From contig JANRIL010000005.1 of the NCBI GenBank assembly GCA_033764955.1, forward strand, positions 1 to 64,000: a stretch of 64,000 bases of DNA. Reading direction: 5' to 3'. This stretch comes from Cyanobacteriota bacterium. Its GTDB lineage: Bacteria; Cyanobacteriota; Cyanobacteriia; Thermostichales; Thermostichaceae. The position numbers and the translations under genes are program-made. Positions 9,413 through 20,216 of this stretch are shown piece by piece (the first letter of the stretch is position 1; each line of letters begins with the position of its first letter). A model generated the notes under the pieces. That model made no database searches. It saw nothing but the letters and a program-made list of their open reading frames with translations, and had not been told where the DNA came from.

Positions 9413-9892
9413 ATGAGAACGAAGACGATGAACACATCAATGACCCGTGTCTGGTCAGTAGCATTAGCGGGAGTATTATCAACGGGGTTGGTCGGCTGCG
9501 GGAGTGATGACGATGGGGGGATTGTGATTAGTCCGACCCCTTCTACCTCAGCTCCAACGGTGACGATTGTCAATCCACCCAGCTCTGTTCGGTTTGGTCA
9601 GACTGCCTTTTTTACGGTGCAGGTCAACGCCCCAGGCGGGGTGCGGAGTAGCCAGTTTTTGCAGATTCGGATTGTGGATCCCAACGGGCAACAGTTTGGT
9701 TCCATTACTAGCCTTAATCCCAACCAATTTGGCAATAACTGTGTGGCGGGATCCACCTTTTGCACGAGCAGCGATCTCGGCTTTCAAGCCCCCAGCAATG
9801 GCCCATCGGGTTTCTGGACTTTGACATTTACAGCCTTTGATCAATCCAATCGTTCCGGTGCTAGCACAGTAGGCATCAACGTCGTTCCCTAA
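9413..9892 (+). CDS. Putative lipoprotein with Ig-like domain
   Basis: Signal peptide and lipobox LVGC followed by a beta-rich body. Confidence 0.7.
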   Translation: MRTKTMNTSMTRVWSVALAGVLSTGLVGCGSDDDGGIVISPTPSTSAPTVTIVNPPSSVRFGQTAFFTVQVNAPGGVRSSQFLQIRIVDPNGQQFGSITSLNPNQFGNNCVAGSTFCTSSDLGFQAPSNGPSGFWTLTFTAFDQSNRSGASTVGINVVP

Positions 9893-9932
9893 CCGCACTC
9901 CCCAATTAAGGGATCCGTCGATTACTCCTTTT

Positions 9933-10841
9933 TCAAGAGGCGGATCCGTCAGCATCCCCAGCTTCGATGTATTGATACGGCTCTAGGTGAATCGTGACCC
10001 GCACCGCCCCATACTGTTGGCGCAGCAATTGTTCAACCGCTTCGGTAATCTTGTGAGCCGTATCCACATCCATCGGTTCCACCACCATGTGCATCTCCAT
10101 AAAAACCATCTGTCCAATCACCCCCCGCGAGGTAATTTCGTGACAGTCCAACACCCCTTCAACCTGCATAGCCAATTTACGAATCGCTGTGGCTGGGATC
10201 GCCACGGTATCTGTTAAAAAAGGAATGTTTTCCCGCAGCACCTGCCAGCCGCTATAAAAGACAAGGATCCCAACCGGAAACGCCAGCAGTTGATCCACCC
10301 AAACCCAGCCCCACTGCACCCCCCACAAACCCAATAACACTGCCACCGTAATCCAGACATCGCTGAGGGTATGACGGGCATCTGCTAGGAGCAAGCGACT
10401 GGATAAGACTTTTCCCTGGTGGTGTTCATAAACCGTAACAGCAATATTCACGATCAAAACCCCCACCATTAACTTGAGGGTCAGGTCACTTACCTCGATC
10501 TGCGGATCTGTCTCAAAAAATCGTTCCACCGCCGAGCGAAGAATTTCTAGGCTAGCCATCCCCAGAAAAGCCGCTATTCCCAGTGCCCCGATCGCTTCAA
10601 ACTTGCTATGGCCATAGGGGTGATCTTCATCCGGTTCGGGTCGGGAAAAGCGTATAGCCAGCAGTCCCAAGATATTGCTAGCACTATCAGTCGACGAATG
10701 TAGAGCATCCGCAACCAAACTTAGGGATCCCGTCAACCCACCCAAAACTAGCTTCACCCCACAGACGGCAAGATTACCGATCAAGGTGAGCATCAGGACT
10801 CGTTGGACTTGGCGCTGGCGCTGAGCAGCAGTGGCAGTCAT
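9933..10841 (-). CDS. Cation diffusion facilitator (FieF-like)
   Basis: SLSLVADALHS, HPYGHSKFE, ADARHTLSD, VTIHLEP. Confidence 0.93.
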   Translation of the reverse strand: MTATAAQRQRQVQRVLMLTLIGNLAVCGVKLVLGGLTGSLSLVADALHSSTDSASNILGLLAIRFSRPEPDEDHPYGHSKFEAIGALGIAAFLGMASLEILRSAVERFFETDPQIEVSDLTLKLMVGVLIVNIAVTVYEHHQGKVLSSRLLLADARHTLSDVWITVAVLLGLWGVQWGWVWVDQLLAFPVGILVFYSGWQVLRENIPFLTDTVAIPATAIRKLAMQVEGVLDCHEITSRGVIGQMVFMEMHMVVEPMDVDTAHKITEAVEQLLRQQYGAVRVTIHLEPYQYIEAGDADGSAS

Positions 10842-10933
10842 CGGTAGTGGCTCCCTGGAGCAACAGTCATCAACGAGATGATCGTAATCCAGGGTCGCAA
10901 CCAGAATCGTAGCGATCGAAGGAGCCAGGAGGA

Positions 10934-11824
10934 CTAGACCAGGTTAAAGGCAGTTTTATCTTTGAGAAACTCCTGCATAGCCTCAGGATCCTTAATTTTG
11001 AGGGCAATATCGGGCAATGGGGATCCCTGCTCAATGTGATAGATAGATTCGGAGTTGACGGTACCAAACACATAATCCCAGAGGCAGGTGATATTGCCAT
11101 AGTTACCAGGGCTGGCAAAAGGCAGGTGGTGATACTGATGGTGCAGGGGGATCCAAGGCAACCATCCCCCCAGACGATGGTTAAGTCGGGTGAGCCACGG
11201 TAACGGATCAAAGCCGAGGTGAGAGCCAAAATTTCCCACCAGCTTAAAAATGTGGATCAAGAAAATGGAAAAATATAACCCCTGACTCAGATAAATCACA
11301 AACACAATCATGCCTGATATCGCTGTCAAATGGATAAACGGAGAAGCCGCCACCACCAACGGATTGAGAAAAACATAGTTGTGATGGACAAAATGCCCAA
11401 ACGGAAATTTGTTGTAGAGCAGCGAAACCATGTGGTTGAAGCGGTGCGCCCAGTAGTCGGTAAAATCTACCCAATAAAATCCGATGATCGCCAACCCAAT
11501 ATCTGTCCAACGATTGGCCGAATGAACAACCACCCATGACTCAGGAACCTGAAAAAGCAGGGTTGGATGACCGCTAAATTGGATCCCCAACAGATATTGC
11601 AGGAGGCTAGTTCCCATCCCCCACATAAACGGGATTTTCCAGTTCAGGAGAACGGTTTGGAAGTGCACCTCTGGTTCAGGGGTTTTGAAAAAGCCAAAGC
11701 GCTCATGGATCGGCAAATAATGCCATGTTGCATAAAAAACCAAGTATCCCCCTAGCCAGAAGATCCCTGATAAAAAGCAATGTTTGCTTAATTGCAGCAG
11801 TTCCAGAGTTAGGGAGGGGTTCAT
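10934..11824 (-). CDS. Sterol desaturase/fatty acid hydroxylase family
   Basis: His boxes HRFNH, HFVHH, HHQYHH; NYG..WD.VFGT. Confidence 0.85.
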   Translation of the reverse strand: MNPSLTLELLQLSKHCFLSGIFWLGGYLVFYATWHYLPIHERFGFFKTPEPEVHFQTVLLNWKIPFMWGMGTSLLQYLLGIQFSGHPTLLFQVPESWVVVHSANRWTDIGLAIIGFYWVDFTDYWAHRFNHMVSLLYNKFPFGHFVHHNYVFLNPLVVAASPFIHLTAISGMIVFVIYLSQGLYFSIFLIHIFKLVGNFGSHLGFDPLPWLTRLNHRLGGWLPWIPLHHQYHHLPFASPGNYGNITCLWDYVFGTVNSESIYHIEQGSPLPDIALKIKDPEAMQEFLKDKTAFNLV

Positions 11825-12190
11825 CTGCTTATCTCTGATATAGCGTTGGTGGAGGAAGTTAGGGCACTTCGACTCATTAGCTTGTTGCAAAACTTTGTTG
11901 CGAATAAAACTCTCCTGAGAGGCTTATTCTACGGTAGGCATTCTCAATAAAATCTAAATTTTTCGAGAGGTTCTTTACTGAGTCCGGTTATATGATACTT
12001 CGTGAATGTATATGTGAATGTATAGCTGTATGCTTCTGGATTCCTAAATTTTGGCACTTGCCGATCTCAAAGCAGCCATTGACGGTCTTTCACCCACCGC
12101 CTTACCCACAACCTGAGAAGGCTAACGTCGGGATCCGCTTTAACTCCGATTTTTGCGTAGCGGATCCCGGTTTCCCAATTGGTCAGATCA

Positions 12191-12541
12191 CTAATTTTGC
12201 CAATTCTCTAGGCTGCTCAGGCTGAGGGGGATCCATTCTCCGGTGTGAGTTAAGCCCAGAAGCATGTCGGATTGAGCCGCAATCACTTCACCCGTTAAAG
12301 CACAACATTCAGACTGACGGGCGGTGGCGGGTATGGTAGCGCGAATATCGGTTTGGCTGTGGCGGGCGGGCAAATCAAGGGAATGATGATAAACGTAATT
12401 CCACAAAACCTCTCTCACCAGGGCTTGATAGCCTTGATCTCCTGCTAGCACTTTCAGCCGATCCTTCAGTTCCCGTTCCAGGCGAATACTGGTTACTTCC
12501 ATCTCAGTAGTAGAAGTCTTGGGGGCGGTATAGGTCATCAT
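12191..12541 (-). CDS. Ribbon-helix-helix (CopG-like) protein
   Basis: TSIRLERELKDRLK..GYQALVREVLW; GGAG RBS. Confidence 0.7.
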   Translation of the reverse strand: MMTYTAPKTSTTEMEVTSIRLERELKDRLKVLAGDQGYQALVREVLWNYVYHHSLDLPARHSQTDIRATIPATARQSECCALTGEVIAAQSDMLLGLTHTGEWIPLSLSSLENWQN

Positions 12542-12678
12542 GACGAATCTCCTTAAAAAACAGTCGATACCTGTAGTATCAGTGTAGTATGTCCTGGGGA
12601 GATGTAAAGGCAGTCATGAGGATTTCTACGCCAAGCATGGATGGATCCCTGCTCATCCCCTGGCTCTCCGCCATTAGG

Positions 12679-12990
12679 TCAAGGGGTCTGGCCAAGGGAT
12701 TGATAGTGCAGCACCTGAGGGGGCTGGGCAAAATAGGAACCAATCAAACTCCGCCATTGCTCAAATTGAGGGGATTGTCGGAAATTGACCAAATGAGCTT
12801 CTAGAGAGTCCCAATAGATTAGTAAAGCATATTGATGGGGATCCTCTAGGCAACGGCGCAGATGGTGGCGACGATAGCCCTCAGTTTGGGTGAGATAAGG
12901 AAAAGCCTGAGCAATGGCGACCTCAAAGGCGGCTGTTGTCCCAGGCTTAATTTCAAGAATGGCAATTTCTAGTACTTCTAACCGGTTCAT
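12679..12990 (-). CDS. Antibiotic biosynthesis monooxygenase family
   Basis: LEIAILEIKPG..FE, WDSLEAH..FRQS; start reassigned to ATG 12990. Confidence 0.85.
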   Translation of the reverse strand: MNRLEVLEIAILEIKPGTTAAFEVAIAQAFPYLTQTEGYRRHHLRRCLEDPHQYALLIYWDSLEAHLVNFRQSPQFEQWRSLIGSYFAQPPQVLHYQSLGQTP

Positions 12991-13000
12991 GGGTGCCTGT

Positions 13001-13726
13001 TCATGTGTGCAGTCCACATTCGGTTTTGCCTTTGCCCTGCCAGCGACCCGAGCGGGGATCCTCACCGGCAGCAACGGCGGCGGTGCAATGAATGCAACCA
13101 ATGCTGGGATAATTTTGGTCGTGCAGAGGGTTGTAGGGAACTTGCTCCGCCACAATATAGTCCCAAATTTGTTGATGAGTCCAGTCGGCTAACGGATTGA
13201 TTTTGATCAGGTTGCGTTTGGCATCCCACTGCACTTTGCCGATGGCGGCACGAGTGGGGGCTTGTTCCCGCCTCATGCCCGTGATCCAAGCCTGGTAGCG
13301 TGCCAGGGTGCGGTTGAGGGGTTCGACTTTGCGAATACCGCAGCACAGGTCAGGGTTGCTCTTATAGAGTTCGGGCTGGTACTGAGCCGCCTGTTGGTCG
13401 GGGGTAAGGAGGGGAGAAACCGTCTCTAATTGCAGGCTAGGATAGCGCTCCTGAATGCGAGCTTTCAGGGCTAGAGTTTCGGGAAAGTGAAAGTCGGTAT
13501 CCAAAAAGAACGCTTGGGCTTTTGGCTGGATGCGGCTGAGCATGTCAATCAGCACCACATCCTCAGGGCCAAAGCTACAGGCTAACACCAGCTCCTGCCC
13601 AAAGGCTTGGCTGGCCCATGCCAGAACCTCAAGCGGACTGGCGGCTTCAAATTTTTCACTAAGGGCTTCGACTTGGGGCTGATAGTGTTGCGACAGAGAA
13701 CGAACAGTATTGAGTACGGCGGTCAT
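13001..13726 (-). CDS. cysH: Phosphoadenylyl-sulfate/APS reductase
   Basis: SFGPED, LDTDFHF, CCGIRKVEP, SIGC..CT, RSGRW, ECGLH. Confidence 0.95.
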   Translation of the reverse strand: MTAVLNTVRSLSQHYQPQVEALSEKFEAASPLEVLAWASQAFGQELVLACSFGPEDVVLIDMLSRIQPKAQAFFLDTDFHFPETLALKARIQERYPSLQLETVSPLLTPDQQAAQYQPELYKSNPDLCCGIRKVEPLNRTLARYQAWITGMRREQAPTRAAIGKVQWDAKRNLIKINPLADWTHQQIWDYIVAEQVPYNPLHDQNYPSIGCIHCTAAVAAGEDPRSGRWQGKGKTECGLHT

Positions 13727-13880
13727 GGTGATCGTTGAGTCGGTTTGTTAAGTCAGTATATTTAATCTACCTTATTTCGGTCGGGATTAAGGTGTTTAGA
13801 AAAATTTACAACTTTAGGCGCGGCGGGAGTGGCAACGGAGGGATCCCCTGCCGAGGACGGGAGCAAAATGCGCAGAAGGG

Positions 13881-14810
13881 CTAAGGCAACGAGATGAGGG
13901 GCAGGGGAGAAGTCCAAGCGGCGGGGATGCGGATCCGTTTCTCGCCCCGCCGATCCCACGGTTTGCCCATAACCAATCCATGCCAAAGGGGTTGTGGGGA
14001 AGCAGATAAGGCTTGAACGGGATGCCAATGGTAGCGCAACCAGCCGTAGTCTCCTCCCGAAGCGAGGGCTAGCTCGATGACCCGAAATGCTGAAACAGGG
14101 CCAATCAACGCCGGAGCCACCAGATAGGGAATGTGGTGATGCAGGGTTACCTTGGGAACATGCAAATGACCGGATAGCACTGCCGCGACACCGCCGTGGG
14201 ACTCTAACAAGCGCCGGAGGGAAAGGGCGATGTCTGGTAAAACCCGATACTTGCGATAGAGGAGGGGCGCGAGAGGGGGCTGATGGATCAACAAGAGGAT
14301 CCATTGGTGGGCATAGGTGGTGAGTTGTTCCGCCAGCCATTGCAATTGCCCAGGTCGCAGGAGACCCTGGGGATCCGGGAAGGTACCGATGCTGGCATCA
14401 AGCGCAATCAGCCGCAGACCGGGTGAAGGGGAGAGGGAATAGTCCACATATCCGGTGGGAGCCAGATCAAAAGCGAACTGCTGCCGACACCACTGCACAA
14501 ACTCGGAGCGATCAAACCGTTGCCGCCGCCGCAAGGTGTCGATGTCGTGGTTGCCGACGCTCAGGTAATAGGGCACGGATAACTGACTGACTATCTCCTG
14601 GAACTGCTCAAAGCTGGCGGGATCCGCTTGATCCACCAAATCTCCCGTAAACACCACAAAATCCAGATCGGGGATCCCTTGCAGTTCCGCAATCGCCTGC
14701 CGAAGTTGGGTGGCTGGAGCCTCCGACATCCACCAACAACGACAGCCCGTGGGGGGCATGAGGTGAATATCCGACAGGTGAGCAAACTTGATGGAACGGC
14801 CATTTAGCAT
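13881..14810 (-). CDS. Metallophosphoesterase (Icc/CpdA-like)
   Basis: SDIH, TGDL, GNHD, SGHLH. Confidence 0.88.
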   Translation of the reverse strand: MLNGRSIKFAHLSDIHLMPPTGCRCWWMSEAPATQLRQAIAELQGIPDLDFVVFTGDLVDQADPASFEQFQEIVSQLSVPYYLSVGNHDIDTLRRRQRFDRSEFVQWCRQQFAFDLAPTGYVDYSLSPSPGLRLIALDASIGTFPDPQGLLRPGQLQWLAEQLTTYAHQWILLLIHQPPLAPLLYRKYRVLPDIALSLRRLLESHGGVAAVLSGHLHVPKVTLHHHIPYLVAPALIGPVSAFRVIELALASGGDYGWLRYHWHPVQALSASPQPLWHGLVMGKPWDRRGEKRIRIPAAWTSPLPLISLP

Positions 14811-14925
14811 AAGTTAAGATCCTTCACACCTCACGAGCGCATCATAAACAAAACTTCACCCTTCGCCTAGCACACTTCTCTTAACCTGACAAACCCTCGG
14901 TTAAGTGGGGCAGGGATCCCCAGAC

Positions 14926-14984
14926 AAAAAAGCCCCAACTGGTGAGGAGCAGCGGGGCAGAGGAGGATGTTTATTTTCCCTACC
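14926..14984 (-). ncRNA. Putative small RNA with CU-rich motifs and intrinsic terminator
   Basis: -10-like TAGGCT, then CATCCTCCTCT, hairpin GCCCC..CTCCTCAC..GGGGC and a T-tract. Confidence 0.35.
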
Positions 14985-15152
14985 TGTTTAGCCTAGAGGG
15001 TAGATATGACAGCCGTGTGTCAGGGATGTGTGGATGAGGTGAGAACCTCAGGGATGAGGGACACCCAAGCCAACTGAAAAACTGGCACAGCTCACCACGC
15101 CTTCTCTCGGTCTTTTCTCTAAGGTTAAGGATGTCTGCTCTCCCCAAATGGC

Positions 15153-16586
15153 TTGGATTTGTTTATGTCGCGGCACACCTCCATGACTCCCCCTCCCCTC
15201 AACTTTTTGGATCCCTGTCTGGATCCTTGGGTGTTACGGCTATGTCAAGGGTTGGCTCCCCATTGGTTGCGCTGGCGGCGGGGGATCCCAGAGATGCAGG
15301 TGACCCATCTCTCCACTCTTTGGCAGCACTATCAGCAATTTCAAGCGGGCAAGATCCGGCTGATCTTGGCGTTTCGTCACCCCAGTTTGGATGATGCCTT
15401 TTGTTTGATGCAGGCGCTCAGTCACCTCGCTTCAGCCCACCAGCAGCGGATGCGATTGCACCGCCCCGTTCATGCTCATTTTGTCTATGACCGAGGCATC
15501 CCGCTCTGGGCAGGGGCTTGGGTGGGCTGGTTGTTGCCCCGTTTAGCCGGGATCCCGATTCATCGTGGCAAGTTAGATCGACAGGGGTTGAAGGTGGCGC
15601 GTCAACTCTTATCGGAGGGGGAATTTCCCCTGGCGATTGCTCCCGAAGGCACGATCAATGGATCCAGTTATTGGCTGAATCCTCTGGAACCGGGCTGTGC
15701 TCAACTGGCACTATGGGGCTGGGAGGATGGACAGGCACTCGGTCGAGAGGTGGTGATTTTGCCTCTGGGACTGAGCTACGGCTATCAACGGGATCCCTTA
15801 CCGGCTCTGTTCAGGCTGCTGGATGACCTAGAAAAGGAATGTGGTCTGACTGGGGATAGGATCCGGGATAGGGCTGGCGAACTCGACAGCAAACATGTGG
15901 TCGTGCAACGACTCCGCCGCGTTGAGGATCACCTCTTTCAACAGGTCAGCCACTTCTACCACAACTTTTATGCCGATTGGCAAGCGGATGATACACAGCC
16001 CAACGAATCAGGGACTCCGCTTCCCCAGCGATGGCAGGCTCTCCTACACCACGCTCTTACCACCCTCGAATCCACATGGAACTTGACCCATCAGGGTCGC
16101 TTGATCGAACGGCGGCATCGCCTGGAACAGGCTATCTGGGATCGCCTCTATCAGGGGATCCCTCCGGCCAGCCCCCTAGCTCGCGGCTTGACCCATCACT
16201 TGACCGCTGAAACCCGCCTGCATGAATGGCATCTGCGCTGGGCGGAAAGCGCGATGTCCTTGCAATCCCCTCAACCGGAGATGTCCTCTGACCGATTGAG
16301 TGAAATTGCCCTTCGTCTGCGGGATCTGACCAATCGCCTCCAGGGAAAGGATCCCGCCCGCACTCCTCTCCCTTTCCTAGGATCCCGCTGGGCGGAGCTG
16401 TACGTGGGAGAACCGATTGCCGTCTCCAGCTATGGATCCCTTTATCAGCGGCAGCGACGGCTTGCCGTCGAGCAGCTTACCCAGCAGTTGCAGACCCAGA
16501 TGGAAAAGCTCCTCCCCACAGCCAGAGCTAACTGGCCGGAGGCGGATAACTTATCCGCCAAATCTTGCCTGCCGGCTCATCCGTGA
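15153..16586 (+). CDS. Glycerolipid acyltransferase (PlsC-like domain)
   Basis: FRHPSLDD, YDRGIPLW, APEG motifs; start approximate. Confidence 0.85.
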   Translation: MDLFMSRHTSMTPPPLNFLDPCLDPWVLRLCQGLAPHWLRWRRGIPEMQVTHLSTLWQHYQQFQAGKIRLILAFRHPSLDDAFCLMQALSHLASAHQQRMRLHRPVHAHFVYDRGIPLWAGAWVGWLLPRLAGIPIHRGKLDRQGLKVARQLLSEGEFPLAIAPEGTINGSSYWLNPLEPGCAQLALWGWEDGQALGREVVILPLGLSYGYQRDPLPALFRLLDDLEKECGLTGDRIRDRAGELDSKHVVVQRLRRVEDHLFQQVSHFYHNFYADWQADDTQPNESGTPLPQRWQALLHHALTTLESTWNLTHQGRLIERRHRLEQAIWDRLYQGIPPASPLARGLTHHLTAETRLHEWHLRWAESAMSLQSPQPEMSSDRLSEIALRLRDLTNRLQGKDPARTPLPFLGSRWAELYVGEPIAVSSYGSLYQRQRRLAVEQLTQQLQTQMEKLLPTARANWPEADNLSAKSCLPAHP

Positions 16587-17832
16587 TCAACAGCGATCCA
16601 TCGGAGGCCACCGCCAACCCCACCGGACGCCCCCAAACCGAAGGAATCACTGGATCTACCAGCCAGCCCGTCACGAAATCTTCGTAATAGCCCTCAGGCC
16701 GTCCTTGAGCATCAAAAGGCACCCGCACCACCTTATAGCCCGTGCCCTGAGAACGGTTCCAGGATCCGCGAAAGGCAACAAAGGCGTGGTTCTGATAGCT
16801 GGCGGGAAATTGGGATCCCGTATAGAACACCAGCCCCAAAGCCGCCGAGTGAGCCTCAAACAATACATCCGGCACAATCGCCTGCTGCTCCAGTTGGGGT
16901 TGGCGCTCTAGGCGCGGGTCAGGATTGGATCCCAAGTAGGAAAACGGCCACCCATAAAATCCCCCCAACTGCACCGAGGTCAGATAGTCCGGCACCAAAT
17001 CATCCCCCAAGCCATCCCGTTCGTTGACGGTGGTAAACAGTTCTTGGGAGGTGGGGTGAAAAGCCAGACCCAGAGGATTACGCAGTCCATAGGCAAAAGT
17101 TTGTCGATCACTGCCGTCGGGGTTCATCACCTGAATCGAGGCACGGGGTAGGGGTTCAGGGCTGACATTGCTCTCGGATCCGACGGTGACATAGAGCTTC
17201 TCCCCATCGGGACTAAACACCAGATTGCGCGTCCAATGTTGACGATAGCCCTCCCCCGGCAGTGTGGTGATCACCTGTGGGGATCCCTGTAAACGGGTTT
17301 GCCCAGGCGCATAGGGAAACCGCACCACGGCATTGGTATTGGCGATATAAAAGTGCTGAGCATCGGGAGCAATCGCCATGCCGAGGGGCTGATTGAGTCC
17401 CTCCGCAAACACTCCCCGCTGATCGGCCACACCATCCCCATCGCTATCTTGCAAGCGGAGGATGCGATTATCATAGGACTCCGTCAAAAATACCTCTCCT
17501 GCCGGGCTGACCATCAACCAGCGGGGGCGCGACAGCCCTTCCGCAAATAGATTGACCTGAAATCCGGGTGGCACTTGCAACCCTGCTCCGGCGGGGGGTG
17601 GAATCACTTGGGGGGGCTGGCTAGCCGAGTCTGTGCTAAAGGGCTTGGGCAAATCCTCAAGGCGAATTTGATAGCGCTGAGGGGCGAATTCCGTTTGTGC
17701 CAGTAGGGGTTGAGCCGCGAAGATAGCGAGGAGGGTGGTTAGACTCAAAAGTCTTAACCCAAAAGCGTGAGAGGGAGTCATAGTCAACAGGGAGTCAAGG
17801 CAAGCCGTTATTCTAGCCTGTTGATTCGGCAA
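16528..17832 (-). CDS. PQQ-dependent sugar/sorbosone dehydrogenase family
   Basis: Signal peptide; HWTR, GLRNP, NERD.LGDD.VPDY, GSWNR, GRPV; start probably ~17781. Confidence 0.9.
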   Translation of the reverse strand: MPNQQARITACLDSLLTMTPSHAFGLRLLSLTTLLAIFAAQPLLAQTEFAPQRYQIRLEDLPKPFSTDSASQPPQVIPPPAGAGLQVPPGFQVNLFAEGLSRPRWLMVSPAGEVFLTESYDNRILRLQDSDGDGVADQRGVFAEGLNQPLGMAIAPDAQHFYIANTNAVVRFPYAPGQTRLQGSPQVITTLPGEGYRQHWTRNLVFSPDGEKLYVTVGSESNVSPEPLPRASIQVMNPDGSDRQTFAYGLRNPLGLAFHPTSQELFTTVNERDGLGDDLVPDYLTSVQLGGFYGWPFSYLGSNPDPRLERQPQLEQQAIVPDVLFEAHSAALGLVFYTGSQFPASYQNHAFVAFRGSWNRSQGTGYKVVRVPFDAQGRPEGYYEDFVTGWLVDPVIPSVWGRPVGLAVASDGSLLITDEPAGKIWRISYPPPAS

Positions 17833-18388
17833 CTACTGGCCGCCCTAGGGTGGCTAACCAGGGGGGAGCAGGCCGAGTAGCCGCCATCATCTCAGGAGAA
17901 ATCCCCACCATCTTGCCCAAAATCACATCGGGAATCGACTGCACTATCTCCATCGGCAAGATGTCCTGTAAAGCCTGCCAGAGTAGGGATCCCCGCTGTT
18001 GCAGGGGATAAGCTTCTGTTAAGCGTTGCTGCCACTCAATCCAATATTGGCGGCGGCGATAGGCCCACTGCTGCTCCAAAAAACTGCGGGGGCGATGCAG
18101 GCTAACCTCCCCCAGTGGGATGACCGCTTGACAATGGCGATCCAAGTTCATGCCGAGGGCAGCACCAAATCCCAAAAAATCGGCGGTGTGAGGTTTCTCC
18201 AGGATCAACGCCTGCGACTGCCCACCCTTGACCACCCATACCTCTCCGCTCGCCAATTGCTCTAACCAAGCTTGCGGATCTAATCGGGGGGGAAGGGTTA
18301 GGGGAAAGGAAGGGGGGATCCCTGCCCTGCTCTCACCCCTAGAGCTGTTGATGGGTATGGGGATGTTGTTTGACGTTATCTCCATCAC
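17813..18388 (-). CDS. Hypothetical protein (possible degenerate Crp-like fold)
   Basis: 191-aa ORF with C-terminal IPD..LGKMVGISP HTH-like segment. Confidence 0.5.
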   Translation of the reverse strand: MMEITSNNIPIPINSSRGESRAGIPPSFPLTLPPRLDPQAWLEQLASGEVWVVKGGQSQALILEKPHTADFLGFGAALGMNLDRHCQAVIPLGEVSLHRPRSFLEQQWAYRRRQYWIEWQQRLTEAYPLQQRGSLLWQALQDILPMEIVQSIPDVILGKMVGISPEMMAATRPAPPWLATLGRPVVAESTG

Positions 18389-18854
18389 TCACCTCATACA
18401 CAGCGTTGATCACTCGTCTGGGTTCCGCCTGATGTTTGAGGCGAAAAATCCCCGTTTCGGTTGTGCAGGATTCGTGCAAAGGAATATGGCGAAACTGAGG
18501 TTTGGCTCGGTAGGTACGGGTGGCCGCCTGCACCCGCTGCACAAAATTCTCCCCCGGCAGCGCTTCGGCTGGAATCACATCCTGGGGCAAAATTGGCTGA
18601 TTATCCTGGACAATCTCAGCATAGGTGGTGGCATACAACAACTGATAGGAGGTGGAACGGATCCCTTGCGCCAGACAATCTAGCTCCGCTGCCGGAACGG
18701 GTTCGGCAATTAGCACTGGATTGAGCCGGCCTTCTTCGTCCCGTTGAAAACAGGTTGCCACCCCCAAGACAACATACTCTAGCCCTTGCACTTCGTTAGC
18801 ACCGATAGAACTGGTACGGATAGGATTCGCACTCATGGAAGGGGTTTCCGGCAT
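18339..18854 (-). CDS. Conserved cyanobacterial hypothetical protein
   Basis: YVVLGVATCF..EPVP..DNVKQHPHTH. Confidence 0.7.
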   Translation of the reverse strand: MPETPSMSANPIRTSSIGANEVQGLEYVVLGVATCFQRDEEGRLNPVLIAEPVPAAELDCLAQGIRSTSYQLLYATTYAEIVQDNQPILPQDVIPAEALPGENFVQRVQAATRTYRAKPQFRHIPLHESCTTETGIFRLKHQAEPRRVINAVYEVSDGDNVKQHPHTHQQL

Positions 18855-19029
18855 GGGAATTGCTATGCACCTTTGCTATTTGATCATTTCTACATCGTTC
18901 CCTATGCAGAATAGCAACAATCGCTGCCAATCGCAGGGTCTTGCTCAAAAACACCCCAAAAAATCGGGAAGGGAGCACACCGCCGCGACGCTAATCCTGA
19001 TATGGTAGGCGTTAGCTTTTGATAGCCCC

Positions 19030-19569
19030 TTGCGAGTGGTAATCCCCTTGAGTGAACACTCCTCAGACTTTCTGGATCAAACTATTGGGCTGATGAATGT
19101 GCAGGAAGCCCTGGATCGGCTTGAGGACACGGTGGTCACCAGTCCCCGTTTTTTTTGGTCACGCACTCTGATCAACGAGGATCAATTGCTGGATCATCTG
19201 GATCTGATTCGCATCAGTTTGCCCTCCGCGTTTGAAGAAGCAGAAACGATTCTGTTGCAACGGGATCGCATTTTGCAAGATGCTCAGCGCTATGCGGAAG
19301 AAGTAGTGGCCTTGGCGAAGCGGCAGGCGGAGCAGTTGGTCAAAGAATCGGTGATTTTGCGGCAGGCGCAGGCACAGGCCGAGCAGATTCTCAGGCAAAC
19401 CTATCAGGAGCGGGAAGCCCTGCGGCGACAGGCGTTGCAAGAGGCAGAACGGCTGCGGCAAGACGCCGAGCACTATGTGGATCAGGTCTTGCAGGATCTA
19501 GAATATCGCCTGGTGGAATCCTTACAAGTGGTGCGACAGGGACGGCAACACCTGCATCCTCAACGATAA
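19030..19569 (+). CDS. DivIVA-like coiled-coil cell division protein (Cdv3-like)
   Basis: LDRLED..SPR..RTLINEDQLLDHLDLIRISLP followed by a long coiled coil. Confidence 0.75.
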   Translation: MRVVIPLSEHSSDFLDQTIGLMNVQEALDRLEDTVVTSPRFFWSRTLINEDQLLDHLDLIRISLPSAFEEAETILLQRDRILQDAQRYAEEVVALAKRQAEQLVKESVILRQAQAQAEQILRQTYQEREALRRQALQEAERLRQDAEHYVDQVLQDLEYRLVESLQVVRQGRQHLHPQR

Positions 19570-19859
19570 TTTCAAAGGATAATTTCGGGATCCCTACTAT
19601 TCAGATGGGGAGTTTTAGGTCAAGATATGTTTAGCATCCTGCCTTGACATCCCTCACCCTGCATGTCTAGTCGTTACGACGCAGATGCCCAACCGAGAAC
19701 GATCCTTGGCCTAGCTCATCGGGACAAACCGCTTGAACCCTGACAGACTGCTTTTTTCCCATCTCCCATCGGCAGCGCCAGAGCAAGGTCACCACTTGGC
19801 TCGGTTTTGTTTTCGCTACACCTGGTTATTTGACCAGTTCTTTATCGTCAGGAGAATCT

Positions 19860-20198
19860 ATGCCCAAAAAAAATCGAGATGTGCGACGTGAAAAACGGGA
19901 TCCCGAAAAAATCGCCTATGCCCCCCTGCATCCCCTGCCCAAGCTGATCCAAGAAAATGCCCTCTTGCAATCCCGCAGTCAACTGTTATTGATGTACAGC
20001 AGCTTTCAGACTGAGATGCCTTCCGACGGCAAAACGGGCATCGGTACCTGGATCAAATCCCGCCTCAACGAGCATGGGATGCCCAGTTTGATCCGCTTTG
20101 GCCCCCGCACCCGTCCCCAAGTCTTTCGCCGCGATGAATTTGTCACCTGGTTTCGAGACTCGACCCTAGACTCAACCGTGAAGAGTCAGCCGGAATAG
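19860..20198 (+). CDS. Hypothetical protein
   Basis: ATG after AGGAG; 112 aa. Confidence 0.6.
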   Translation: MPKKNRDVRREKRDPEKIAYAPLHPLPKLIQENALLQSRSQLLLMYSSFQTEMPSDGKTGIGTWIKSRLNEHGMPSLIRFGPRTRPQVFRRDEFVTWFRDSTLDSTVKSQPE

Positions 20199-20216
20199 GG
20201 ATTTTGGGATCCCAGC

